A DNA stretch of 64,000 nucleotides from a virus: positions 1 to 64,000 of IMG/VR virus record IMGVR_UViG_3300014325_000011. One strand, 5' to 3'. Shown here piece by piece: positions 19,775 through 29,768 of the stretch. Position 1 is the stretch's first letter. Every line of letters starts with the position of its first letter. The translations under genes were made by a program, and so were the position numbers. Under the pieces are notes generated by a model. That model worked only from the letters and a program-made list of their open reading frames with translations. It searched no databases and was not told where the DNA came from.

Positions 19775-20064
19775 TGACCATCTTCACGGCCCGCAAGAGG
19801 CCAGTCGAGGTGCAGATCGCTGGCCCGTGGGACGGCACCGACGCAATGGCCGCCGAACTGGTCGCCTTCACCGGCGACGACGAGGGTAGCGATCCGGACT
19901 TCGACCCGCACGACGGGGCCGAAGTGTGGAACAGCGAGGAAGGTTGCTGGATCAGCGTGCCGCCCGGCCACTTCATCATCCGCGGGCCCCGAGGCGAGCA
20001 TTACCCAATCTCACCTGAAGCGCTGGCGGAGACCTACGACCTGATCGAGACAGCCGATGTCTGA
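19774..20064 (+). CDS. Conserved phage protein (PGDYG-like)
   Basis: RKRPVEV...PGHFIIRG.RGE.YP...F/L.ETY pattern. Confidence 0.65.
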   Translation: MTIFTARKRPVEVQIAGPWDGTDAMAAELVAFTGDDEGSDPDFDPHDGAEVWNSEEGCWISVPPGHFIIRGPRGEHYPISPEALAETYDLIETADV

Positions 20065-20935
20065 CCGCCGCGAACTCCAGCCCGGCGACCGGGCCGCCAT
20101 CTACGAGGCCGACGTGTCCGGCACTGTCAGGTCGTCGAACCTTGCGGTCACGGTCCTCGACGGCGACGACCACGTCACTTACACCGTGCCGACGATGCTG
20201 GTCTCCTGGATACCGCCAGACGATGACCCGGTCTTCGAGATCGGCGCCGCCTACCGAGACGCCGACGAGCCCGGCGGCGAGCGGTACTGGTTCCTCCCGG
20301 ACTCGACTACCGACACGCCGTTCATCGCCGTAGTGGCGACGGCGAACAAGCTCTACCGCCGTTACTTCCGGCGCGACCAGTTGCCCCGACAGATCGAGGA
20401 GGTGATCTGAGATGACCCTGACTGAGACGCCACTTCCCAACATGCCCGACGCCCCGCCAGGCTATGAGCCGTTCTCCTACCCGGCTCACCGGGCCCACGT
20501 CACCGCGGAGCGGATCGTCCAGCACCTGACCGCCGAAGCGCAGACGTTGGCCGTCGAGACGCGGAAAGCAGTCAAGCGGGCGAAGGTCGACGATGCCGAC
20601 GGCGCGGAGATCTACTTCGCGTTGAGTGCCGCATGGGTCAACCAGTATGCGCTGATCCACATCCTCCGCGAGTTCATCAAAGCCGCACCCGACCGGGCGG
20701 AACAGGCTGTGGCCGCCGTCTGGGAGGCGTGGGAGGACGGTGGCCTTCCCCACGAGCTGGTCTGGCAGTGGGGCAAAGAGTATGGCGTTCCGCGAGACGG
20801 GGAGATGGTCTGATGGCCCGCATCGGAGAGCCGAACCGCTGGTGGGACGAGCCGGAAGACGACCCGCTCGTCGCCCCCGTACCTACCGAGCCGGTCCCAG
20901 AGCCGATTCCTGAACCGGTGCTGGTGCCGGCGTGA
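20057..20935 (+). other. Hypothetical CDSs (20057-20410, 20412-20813, 20813-20935)
   Basis: Tightly packed, RBSs present. Confidence 0.55.
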
Positions 20936-21930
20936 GCGTGATCGCCTACCGGACGTGGAACGCAGCGCCGTTCGCCGGGATCCTCACCCCGGCGAACGGC
21001 AGCATGTACGCCGACCGGCGGAACCTGCTGCAATGGGAGCGCACCTGGGAGACGCCGGCAGTAACAGCGGTCTGTCATGTCGAAGGACTCCCGCCCCACC
21101 GGGCGCCGGCACCGGGCTGTACCTGCGGCATCTACGCATGGAAGCGGCCCATCGATCCAGGCTGGATCAACCAGTGGAACAAGGGAGGTCGGGACAACGT
21201 CGTCGTCGGTGTGGTTCGCCTGTGGGGCCGGATGTGCGACGGCCCCGGAATGACTGGCTACCGCGCCCAGCGTGCCCGCATCGTCGCACTGGTCCCGAAC
21301 GACAACCGCAACGTCGACCTTGCCGCGCAGTATCCGGACGTCCAGATCTACCCGGACCTGTTCACGATGTACTCGGAGTGGGACACCACCCCGGAACTTG
21401 GCTTCGCGATGAACGCAGACGTCGCCGACACCCGCCGCCGCGTGGCACGGCGGGTCGGATGGTACGGCTTCTGCCTCGGCTGCGGCGATCGGATCACAGG
21501 CCGGCAACAGACCGTCGACTACGACGGCCTGAACCCGTGGGCTGACGGCGAGGAGAGGCCGGCGCGGTTCCATCGCCGCGCGGCCTGCCTCATCAACCTG
21601 CCGAAACCGGCGAAGCCCGCGAAGGGGCAGATAGTTGTCCACCCGCAACTACCGGCTGCGGCGAATTCGGCGCAGACCTTCGACCGGGCATGGGCCTACG
21701 CCAACCGGAAGCCCCGAAAGCTCTACTGCCCCGGCGTCCGCACCGACCATCAGGACGACACGTTCACCTGTTCCCTCGGCGAAGACGGCTGCACCGCGGC
21801 GGGCTGGCGGAACGGCGACCTGATCCAGCACGCCAGCGTCAAACAGTGCCATGACGAGGGCTGGCCGTGCCATGTGTGCGAGTTCGTCTGCGGCGGACTG
21901 ATCCGCTTCGACGACAAGGACCCGGCGTGA
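20932..21930 (+). CDS. Cys/His-rich hypothetical protein
   Basis: H.AP..GCTCGIYAW...GVVRLWG...GYRA..ARI motif; further Cys clusters. Confidence 0.6.
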   Translation: MSVIAYRTWNAAPFAGILTPANGSMYADRRNLLQWERTWETPAVTAVCHVEGLPPHRAPAPGCTCGIYAWKRPIDPGWINQWNKGGRDNVVVGVVRLWGRMCDGPGMTGYRAQRARIVALVPNDNRNVDLAAQYPDVQIYPDLFTMYSEWDTTPELGFAMNADVADTRRRVARRVGWYGFCLGCGDRITGRQQTVDYDGLNPWADGEERPARFHRRAACLINLPKPAKPAKGQIVVHPQLPAAANSAQTFDRAWAYANRKPRKLYCPGVRTDHQDDTFTCSLGEDGCTAAGWRNGDLIQHASVKQCHDEGWPCHVCEFVCGGLIRFDDKDPA

Positions 21931-22394
21931 CCGATCACATCCGCGACCTGATCGACCGGTCGTCGCTCGGCACGTCTGGTGCCCGCGCCTTGCGTGCCCG
22001 AACCTCCGACGCTGAGGCGGCGGCGGTAGGCCAGATGTCCCGCGAGGCCGACATCCTGACCCAGCTCGACTCTGGCCTAGCCGTGGTGGTCCGCCTTCCC
22101 CCGTTCCGCAAGCCCTACAGCGCGTTCCTCAAGCGGCTGTCCGCGGAGGGCCGGCTGGTACGGATCTCCCGTCCCGGCCCGTGGGGCAACCCATACCGGC
22201 TGGCGCCGGGTGCTGGCGAGGCGGAGCGGGCGCAGGCCATCGACGCCTACGCCCGGCACCTTGACCGGTCGCCCGAGCTGCTGGCCCGGCTGCCCGAACT
22301 ACGCGGCAAGGCACTCGGGTGTTACTGCGCACCACTCGCCTGCCACGGAGACGTCGTGGCGGCGCGAGTCAACGCGCTCGGAGCCGAACCGTGA
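21927..22394 (+). CDS. DUF4326 domain protein
   Basis: ISRPGPWGNPY...LRGKALGCYCAP..CHGDV. Confidence 0.85.
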   Translation: MTDHIRDLIDRSSLGTSGARALRARTSDAEAAAVGQMSREADILTQLDSGLAVVVRLPPFRKPYSAFLKRLSAEGRLVRISRPGPWGNPYRLAPGAGEAERAQAIDAYARHLDRSPELLARLPELRGKALGCYCAPLACHGDVVAARVNALGAEP

Positions 22395-22836
22395 GCCTGC
22401 GCCTAGTCCCGATCTCGTTCGCCGACGCATGCGGCTTCGTCGCGATGTGGCACCGGCACCACGCCCCCCCGTGGGCCACAAGTTCTCGATCGGTGTGGCC
22501 AACGGGGAGGTGCTGGTAGGTGTGGCGATCGTCGGCCGACCTGTCGCCCGGCATCTCGACGACGGGCAGACGTTGGAGGTGACCCGCACGGCGACCGACG
22601 GGACGGCCAACGTCAACTCGATGCTGTACGGAGCCTGCTGGCGGGTCGCATCCGGGCTCGGCTACCAGAGGCTGGTGACCTACACGCAGCAGGGCGAAAC
22701 CGGGGCGAGCCTGCGGGCTGCCGGCTGGCGGGTCATCGCCGAACGGCCTGCGCGCCCGGGTTGGGATCGACCGTCCCGTCCCCGTGAGGACCGGGGTACT
22801 GCGGGGATTCCTCGGACCCTGTGGGAGGCGGCGTGA
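22391..22836 (+). pseudogene. XF1762/Mom-like GNAT-fold protein, frameshifted at a C7 tract
   Basis: MSLRLVPISFADACGFVAMWHRHHAPP in one frame continues as VGHKFSIG...GVAIVGRPVAR.LDDG.TLEV.R...SMLYGA...TYT...E.G.SLRAAGW in another; 1 nt missing at 22464-22470. Confidence 0.75.
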
Positions 22837-23095
22837 CAGCTTCGGTCTGCCGGTCGATCTCGTCTTGCTCGGACCAGCGGTGGTTCCACAACTCGAAGGC
22901 CACGTAGGAGCGGGTACCGCCACCCGTGTGGCTGTCCCAGCCGCAGGAACAGGTCACATCGAACCTGCGGACGCGACGGAGGTGGCCGAGTCTGACCCGT
23001 TCGCGGACGCCGGCTGTTTCGTAGACAGCCCACCAAGAGGCCCGATGAGCCTTCATGATCTCCGGGCGGATCAGGGCCGCCGGGTTGGCGTTCAC
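22833..23095 (-). CDS. hypothetical protein
   Basis: CSCGWDS.TGG motif; ORF shown in the track may end earlier, so the 3' boundary is uncertain. Confidence 0.4.
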
Positions 23096-23098
23096 GAG

Positions 23099-23539
23099 TC
23101 ACGCCACCCGAGTGATCTGACGGTTGACGACCTCGTCGTAGCGGGCAACATCCGCCGCCTGGCGCGCCCGGAACCACATTTCGGCCTCCGCGCTGTTGGA
23201 CAGATCCGCGTCGACCATCTCGCCGAGAAGCGCGGTCCACTCCCACGGCGAGATGTTCTCCAGTACGGCGCTCTGGACGCTGTTGATCCGACGGCCGCCG
23301 ACGTACTTGTCCCAGTGGCGCAGTACGGGGACGGCGGTCCAGAGAACTACGGTCACCTCGTCCGAGTAGGAGCCGGGGTACAGGGTGGCGGTGTCGATCC
23401 GGTCGACGATGTCGTCGCGGAGGCGGTGGTTGCCGAGAGCGGTCCAGCCGTCGCGGTTCCAGCGGGTGCGAGGACCGATCCGGTGGGCCTTGCGAAGGGC
23501 GCGGGTCAGTTCGGTGCCCTTGGTCGCCTCGGTAGCCAT
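23099..23539 (-). CDS. hypothetical protein
   Basis: AAGGGGAG RBS; coding-like. Confidence 0.65.
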   Translation of the reverse strand: MATEATKGTELTRALRKAHRIGPRTRWNRDGWTALGNHRLRDDIVDRIDTATLYPGSYSDEVTVVLWTAVPVLRHWDKYVGGRRINSVQSAVLENISPWEWTALLGEMVDADLSNSAEAEMWFRARQAADVARYDEVVNRQITRVA

Positions 23540-23587
23540 CGAGATCTCCCCTTGCTGGTCGGTGTGGCCCCAGCTTACATGAAAGCC

Positions 23588-23866
23588 CTAGCCATGCCTA
23601 GAGCTATCTTCGGGTGGGATCGCCTCCGCGCGGAGTTTCCGTGCCCGCGCGAGAAGGGCGTCGAGTCTGGCTTCGTTCACCTCAAGAAGGGTTGCGGCGG
23701 TGGCCCTCCCACCTCTCCCGAGGAGTGCAACAAGCTCCGCGGTTGCGCGCGCTCGGTCATCTGCTGCACGTCCGCGGATGGCCTCTGCGGACTCGACTCG
23801 GGCCTTGGCGTCTTGGGCGCGGCGGAGGGCATCGGCGGCTTCAGGGGTTAGGTCTGCGGGATCCAC
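23588..23866 (-). CDS. Small putative HTH regulator
   Basis: Coiled coil then RATAATLLEVNEARLDALL; divergent from the 23958 gene. Confidence 0.55.
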   Translation of the reverse strand: MDPADLTPEAADALRRAQDAKARVESAEAIRGRAADDRARATAELVALLGRGGRATAATLLEVNEARLDALLARARKLRAEAIPPEDSSRHG

Positions 23867-23880
23867 TCAGCCAGTATCCC

Positions 23881-23919
23881 CTACCCATGGGGCTAGACAT
23901 AAGCTCTAGACATGGGTAG
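23881..23919. promoter_or_regulatory. Operator-like inverted repeat
   Basis: CTACCCATG...CATGGGTAG with an internal CTAGACAT duplicate. Confidence 0.5.
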
Positions 23920-23957
23920 AGTTTTAGGTGTCAGAGAGCGACACCAAGGGGGCGGCG

Positions 23958-24401
23958 ATGACCACCACAACCGACTACGACCCGTTCGCGATCTTCGGCG
24001 ACGACGTCGAAATCAGCGACCGGATGTGGGAGCAGTTCCTGGCCGCGGCCACCACCCCCGCCCCCGTCGAGCCCACCCCAGTCATCCGCTGCCAGGGCTG
24101 CGGTCGGCCGTTGAAGTCGAAGATCAGCATCGCCCGGGGCTACGGAAGCGAGTGCTGGCGCAAGGCGCACCGTCGTGACCGCATCGCCGCACTCTCCGTC
24201 GGCTACACCGACCGGCAGGTCGAAGACGCCATCGAAACGATCGAGCTGGGCGGCGCGGTCCGCCTCCGGGGCCGCATCTTCCTGATCGTCGGCCACAACG
24301 GCGACGTCTACCGGGCGACGACGACCGGCCAGTGCCACTGCCGGGCGGGACTCGCCAGCAAGACCTGTTTTCACACCCTGACCGCAAAGCTCGCGGCCTG
24401 A
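23958..24401 (+). CDS. DUF6011-like Zn finger plus SWIM-type Zn finger protein
   Basis: CQGCGRPLKS..SIARGYG.EC and CHCRAG....CFH. Confidence 0.7.
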   Translation: MTTTTDYDPFAIFGDDVEISDRMWEQFLAAATTPAPVEPTPVIRCQGCGRPLKSKISIARGYGSECWRKAHRRDRIAALSVGYTDRQVEDAIETIELGGAVRLRGRIFLIVGHNGDVYRATTTGQCHCRAGLASKTCFHTLTAKLAA

Positions 24402-24461
24402 TCCCCTCGCCGCTCCCGCCCAGACCGGGCGGGAGCGGCCCCAGCCGAAAGGACCGACACC

Positions 24462-25406
24462 ATGCGTGACCTGATCGCCGAGACCGTTCTGACCGACGGG
24501 CCGATCCGCTGGCACCACGAGCACCGGCACAGCCTCGACGACGTCGCCGACTACGTCGTCGTCGCAACCCGCCGGACCGGCGAGGCGATCTACCGCCGCG
24601 ACCTGGCCATCGTCGAGGACGCCGGCCAGGCGGTGGAGATCGCGCACGCCGAGCGCCCCCGGGTGGACATCTCCGACGGTTACGCGGTCGTCGAGTCGGT
24701 TTTCACCTGCGGCTGCCGCTCCGATGCCCTGCTGTACCAACAGTCGCGCCGAACCGAAGAAAACACCCATGAGCAGTGAACTCCCCGACCGGCCCACCGC
24801 GGAGCCCCGCCACCTGGTCACCGTGGGCGTTGACGTGACGGCCTGCGGCCTCACCCGCCCGTGGGATCGAGGGCTGGACTACACATCCGCTCTGCGCCTT
24901 GTGACCTGCGCCCGCTGCCGGGCAACGAGTCGGACCGCCGCGAACGCGTAGCCATACCCACCCCGACCCCCTGACCCGGGTCGACGCCATTCGAAAGGAC
25001 CAGACGCCATGGACATCCGCATCGAGGCCGCGGACGAGGGTGAGCTGCGTCGGCGGCTTGACGTCGTACTGGGACTGCACACTCCCGTCGGGCATCCGAA
25101 GGACCAGATGTGCCGTGTCTGCATGAACCACCAGGGCGTCAACGCCGCCTGGCCCTGCCGGACGGTGCGCGCTGTGCGAGGTGAGACATGAAGGGCGACA
25201 GCGGCCGGTTCGCTGTTGGCGATGCCGTAACCGTGACCGGCCACTTCATGTGGGCCGGGAAAGACACCCACGGCATCTCGGGGCGAATCGTCGCCATACA
25301 CGAGAACATGCCAGGCGAGCCTCCCTTGTACGAGGTGCAGCCCGGGGCTGACGCAGTCGGTATCCCGTTCTTCGGCGGCGAGTTGGCGACGGCGGACGTC
25401 ACGTAA
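24462..25406 (+). other. Small hypothetical CDSs (24462-24779, 24769-24951, 25009-25191, 25188-25406)
   Basis: GAAAGGA RBSs preceded by hairpins; start/stop overlaps. Confidence 0.55.
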
Positions 25407-25429
25407 GCCAGTCCAGCCGTGGCCAAGAC

Positions 25430-25768
25430 CTAGCCTTCGACCTGCTTCGAGCCCTCGTCGTCTTCGGCGGGGGCATCGTCGCCTCCGAGTTCGGACAGTG
25501 GCCGCGGGTCGGCGAGGTAGCTGCGTACCGCGTCGATGACCAGCAGATGGGGTGCGCGTCCCTCAGTCAGGGCTCGCAGCAGCAGCATGGGGACCATCCC
25601 CTTGGGCGCGTCGCCGCGGAACGCGATCCCGAACTCGCTGGCGGCCGAGTTCGACCAGCCGTCCTCGCCGTCGCGGGCTTGGCCGCGTTTCCAGATCGCC
25701 TGCGGCGCGCTGATGTGGTAGCGGCCCTTCGCCAACCTGTCTCCCGGTAGTGGGCTATGCGTGGGCAT
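25430..25768 (-). CDS. Putative small DNA-binding (RHH-like) protein
   Basis: Divergent from whiB; tandem repeats over its start. Confidence 0.4.
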   Translation of the reverse strand: MPTHSPLPGDRLAKGRYHISAPQAIWKRGQARDGEDGWSNSAASEFGIAFRGDAPKGMVPMLLLRALTEGRAPHLLVIDAVRSYLADPRPLSELGGDDAPAEDDEGSKQVEG

Positions 25769-25999
25769 AGCGTGGGCATGACGATCACAGCAGTCTAGCT
25801 GCGGAAACAGAAAAAGCGTGGGGCTACGGCGATTTGGGGTTCCCCTGCCGAGAATTCCCGGCTATTGTCGGAGGCGACAACCACATAGGACCAAGCCAGC
25901 CCGCCCGCTCCACCGGGTGGGCCCCAGGCGCGAGGACTCCACTCCCCGAGCCCGGGACCGCTTGGTCCGCCCACCTGAACCCGCAGGTAGGAGAACCCG

Positions 26000-26407
26000 T
26001 TGGCCAGCGTGCCATGCGGCGTGCTCGAACGCGCGCCGACTCGTGATGTTGCGTCCAAGATGGGCGTCAGCAGTCCTCCCCGTGACCTCCGCTTCGACAT
26101 GCGGCAGGTCCGCCAGCTCCTCGGACTCCCCGAACCCGGCGCCGCCAACTGGCGTGAGCATGCCGCCTGCATCGGACTCGATGTCGACGACTTCTACGCC
26201 ACGGTCGGCGCAAGCGTCGAACCCGCCCGCCGTATCTGCAACGGCTGCCCGGTCCGCCGCGCCTGCCTCGACGAGGCCATCAACAGGGGTGAGCCCCACG
26301 GACTGTGGGGTGGCATGACCCCTGGACAGCGCCACAGAGAAGCGAAGCGCCGCGGGATCGCGGTCCCCGTTGAGTCGGACAGCGACGTCGACGAGGTGGC
26401 CGCATGA
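26000..26407 (+). CDS. whiB: WhiB-family transcriptional regulator
   Basis: W...AAC...F...ARRICNGCPVRRACLDEA...E.HGLWGGMT..QR; AGGAG RBS 6 nt before TTG. Confidence 0.93.
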   Translation: MASVPCGVLERAPTRDVASKMGVSSPPRDLRFDMRQVRQLLGLPEPGAANWREHAACIGLDVDDFYATVGASVEPARRICNGCPVRRACLDEAINRGEPHGLWGGMTPGQRHREAKRRGIAVPVESDSDVDEVAA

Positions 26408-27157
26408 GCCGCTACCGCAACGCCGAGGTACCGAGCTACGGCTCTGCGTCCGACCCTCACCGCGACCGGCAAATCCACGAGCTGCACGCCGAGGTCCAAC
26501 GGCTTCGCGACGAGAACCGGGCGCTGTTCGACAACGCCCGCGCGGCCCGCCTGGAAATCCGCCGCATCGAGAAGGCCGGCACGGTGACGATGGACGACGT
26601 CTACGGCATCGAACTTGCGCTCGACGGGCACGCGGCTGGGGACGGTGCCCGATGAGCCGCCAGCCTGACCAAGACCGCACTCCGATCTCGTCGACCCTTG
26701 CCGAGATCGCCGACCACCGGGCCGCAGCCGCGAACTACCGGATACAGGCCGAACAGGCGGACATCGAAGCGGGCGTCGCCTACAGCCAGCTGGTCGACCA
26801 GTTCATGCCGGCCGACGACTGGGTCGAGGACGGTCCGATGGACCCCTACCGGCGGGCCAACGCCGCACTTGCTCCCGCCTACGCCGAGATCAGACGGCTC
26901 GAAGCTGTCGCCGCCGGCCTGGAAGCGAAGGCACGGCGGCTGGAAGACCAGATCGCCGGAGGTGCTGGGTGAACGTCACCGATCCCCGGCAGCTGGTCTC
27001 CATTGCATACCGCGAGGCCCGCGAAGCGGAATTGAAGATCTTCGACTTGCAGCGCACCAAGAGTTGGACCACCGAAGCCGAGATCCGCGGCCACCTCGCC
27101 CAGGCGATCGAAGCGCTGACCGAGGTTCGAGCCCAGTTCGGAAGCGACGACACATGA
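26404..27157 (+). other. Coupled coiled-coil hypothetical CDSs (26404-26655, 26652-26972, 26969-27157)
   Basis: ATGA/GTGA overlaps. Confidence 0.6.
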
Positions 27158-27236
27158 ACCACGACGATCTTGCCTGCTCGGAGTGTGGCCGGATTTTGGG
27201 TGACCACGACTCGATCTGCTCCAAGGGTGGCGCCTC

Positions 27237-27563
27237 ATGAACCGCGACTTGGCCAACGAACCGCCTCGCGACCGGTTTACCGACGCCCAGTGGGCCCGGA
27301 TCCGGATCGGCCGATGCCCCGAGCGGGGCTACATCACCCCCGACCTGCCGTACTTCTGCAACCTGCCCGCAGTCCCCGGCGAAGTGCTGTGCGACAGCCA
27401 CATGATCGCATACCTGGCCGCGGAGACAGAACCATCGCCGGCCTGGAACGACCAGGAGGCCCGTCCGCCGGCCCCGGTCTCGCCGGCCACCGTTGCCGTT
27501 CTCCTCTTCGCCGTGGCCGCGAGCCTGGCGATCATTCTTCATCTGCTTGGAGTCCTCAGATGA
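27237..27563 (+). CDS. membrane protein
   Basis: Cys/His motif and a C-terminal TM helix. Confidence 0.6.
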   Translation: MNRDLANEPPRDRFTDAQWARIRIGRCPERGYITPDLPYFCNLPAVPGEVLCDSHMIAYLAAETEPSPAWNDQEARPPAPVSPATVAVLLFAVAASLAIILHLLGVLR

Positions 27564-27949
27564 CCTCGAGTCCCTACTTTGGCCGCGAGCGGCAACCAGT
27601 CGAAGACCAGCCACTCGGGTACGTCGACCAGTACGACGACGACTACGAGGACAAGGCCCCGACAGTTCCGCAGCGCACGACCTCGACGGTGAAGGACCGT
27701 CTGGCCGTCTGGTTTTACGGTTCCACCATTGAGGGGTGGACGCCGCGGATTGTCCTCACCGCCGCCGGCCTGTTCGCCCTGACCGGCTGGCATCTGCGCA
27801 ACGGCGCCGCCGCCGGGCTCTCCCTGATCGCCGTCCTCTACTGCGTCCAGATTGGGCGGTCCTCACGGGTCGGCCGGTTCTGGTTCGCCCGTCCGATTGT
27901 CGGGGCCCTGTGCGCTCTCCTGCTCACCACGCTGGTGCTCGTCCGATGA
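27560..27949 (+). CDS. multi-pass membrane protein
   Basis: ATGA overlap; about 3 hydrophobic segments. Confidence 0.6.
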   Translation: MTSSPYFGRERQPVEDQPLGYVDQYDDDYEDKAPTVPQRTTSTVKDRLAVWFYGSTIEGWTPRIVLTAAGLFALTGWHLRNGAAAGLSLIAVLYCVQIGRSSRVGRFWFARPIVGALCALLLTTLVLVR

Positions 27950-28230
27950 AGCCGCCGTCGGACGTCCCCAACACAGCCTCCCGCAGGCTGCCCCCGTCCG
28001 TTCTCGCCTTCACCGCCGCGCTAACCGTCATCGGCCTGGCGACTGTCTTCCACCGTCTTCACGGCGGCATGTTCGTCTCCCTGCTGCTCATCGCAGCAGG
28101 CTGGTCGACCGTCCGCCTTGTCGCGCTCGGATTCCGCCGCGAGAAGGCCACTGGCTGGTGGAAGCGCCAGGCAGCACTCTCGGTCGGTCTCTTCGTCGCC
28201 GCGTTCGTGACTGCGGGGGTGATCGGCTAA
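27946..28230 (+). CDS. multi-pass membrane protein
   Basis: ATGA overlap; 3 hydrophobic segments. Confidence 0.6.
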   Translation: MKPPSDVPNTASRRLPPSVLAFTAALTVIGLATVFHRLHGGMFVSLLLIAAGWSTVRLVALGFRREKATGWWKRQAALSVGLFVAAFVTAGVIG

Positions 28231-28703
28231 TGGTCGACACCGACACCGCAGTCATGACCCCACGCGGCGGTTCGGGCGTAGCCGCCCCACGTGCCGGCAG
28301 CTCGGTCTCCAAGACTGAGCCGGTCGTGCTGTCCGGGTTCGCGAACTTCGTCGCGGCGAACGCCCAGCCGATGCGCTGGCGCGACCTCGGCTGGGTTCAC
28401 AGGGCCAAGCCCGGAGAGCGTCCCCCGAAGCTCAGCGCCGAGGATCGGAAAAAGCAGGCCAGCGAAAACGGCGGCCTGTCCGACCGGGGCACATGGAATG
28501 TCCACCTCGCGGTCTTCACCGGGCTCTGCGTGGTCGGCACGGTGGCGCTCCTCATCGCCTGGACCATCAGCGTCGTCGGCTGGATCTGCCACCTGTGCTC
28601 GTCCCACACGCTGCGCCTCGCCGCCGGGCTTGTGATCGGCCTACTCGGCTGCTGGGCGGCAGCCCACTTCGGCCATGTCCACGTCCACGTGTGGCGTAGC
28701 TGA
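28230..28703 (+). CDS. membrane protein
   Basis: TAATG overlap; 2 C-terminal TM segments. Confidence 0.6.
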   Translation: MVDTDTAVMTPRGGSGVAAPRAGSSVSKTEPVVLSGFANFVAANAQPMRWRDLGWVHRAKPGERPPKLSAEDRKKQASENGGLSDRGTWNVHLAVFTGLCVVGTVALLIAWTISVVGWICHLCSSHTLRLAAGLVIGLLGCWAAAHFGHVHVHVWRS

Positions 28704-28740
28704 CCACCTCCTACGCCCTATGAGAGAAGGTCCCAATCCG

Positions 28741-28968
28741 ATGGCCAAGGTGGCTGTTGGCCTGCTCGTCACGCTGTCCGTCGGCATACCCCTCGGATTT
28801 GTCTGGCGGCGGCGTGTGCTCTGGCCCGTTGCGCTGCTGCTTGTCGTCTGCGGCATGACTCTGTGTGTCACGACCGGCTTCTACCGAGCGGGAGCGCGCT
28901 GGCAGGACGACCTGAACCAGTGGATCAGCCAGGCCCGCAAGCCGGCGATCGCGGGCAGCACACGATGA
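28741..28968 (+). CDS. small membrane protein
   Basis: GAAGG RBS; 2 TM segments. Confidence 0.55.
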   Translation: MAKVAVGLLVTLSVGIPLGFVWRRRVLWPVALLLVVCGMTLCVTTGFYRAGARWQDDLNQWISQARKPAIAGSTR

Positions 28969-29768
28969 GCGCCAAGGGCAAAGGGCGGCGGTGGCCAACG
29001 GTCAACGAGGCCGGCATCTTCGGCGTCGGCCTCGCCGCCGCCGCCTTATCCTTCGACACGTTGAAGGGCCTTGCCGGGCTGCTTGCCTACCCGTGGGCCC
29101 TGACCTACCTGTACCCACTGGCCTACGACCTGTACGGGCTGATCGTCGCCCGGGTGTGGCTTGCCGCAGGCGCCCAGTCGAAGAAGCTCCGCAACTGGGC
29201 GATGTGGAACACGATGCTGTCGATCGCTCTGTCGGTCGCCGCGAATGCCCTGTACCACGCACTCATCAACGGCCTGTGGACGAAGGTCGAGCCGGGTCTG
29301 GACGGCCAGCCGGCGCTGCACGTCGCGATTCCGGTGGTGATCGCCGCGTCGGCTATCCCACCAATCGCCCTCGGCCTGGTCATCCACCTGTACACGGTGA
29401 TGACCCGGGAACAGGTCGAGTCGGCCCAGACGGTCCTGCCAACCCCGTCTCCTACGGCAGACGGACCGATGACGGCACCATCCTTGGCGGACGCCGCCGC
29501 CGCCCGGACCAGCATGGCCGACACCGAGATCCTTGACGCAGAGGTGGTCGACGAGCTTTCCGCCACGTCGGGGTCGTCGCAGACCCGGGCGGCAATCGAA
29601 TCCCCGGAAGCGTCCAAGAAGTCCGCGGTCGTCGCCGAACTGATCCGCCTCCGCGACGAGGAAGGCGTGAGCTGGTCGAGGCGTGGACTCGTCCCCGACC
29701 TTGCCCGCCAGTTCGACGTGTCCCGTTCGCTTGTCGAGCAGGCGAAGACCGTGGCGGCGAAGGGATGA
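28965..29768 (+). CDS. DUF2637 / Spd-like membrane protein with C-terminal HTH
   Basis: AALSFDTL.GLA...W..TYLYPLAYD...LSVAANA..H...SAIPP.AL...HL; LARQFDVSRS HTH. Confidence 0.75.
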   Translation: MSAKGKGRRWPTVNEAGIFGVGLAAAALSFDTLKGLAGLLAYPWALTYLYPLAYDLYGLIVARVWLAAGAQSKKLRNWAMWNTMLSIALSVAANALYHALINGLWTKVEPGLDGQPALHVAIPVVIAASAIPPIALGLVIHLYTVMTREQVESAQTVLPTPSPTADGPMTAPSLADAAAARTSMADTEILDAEVVDELSATSGSSQTRAAIESPEASKKSAVVAELIRLRDEEGVSWSRRGLVPDLARQFDVSRSLVEQAKTVAAKG

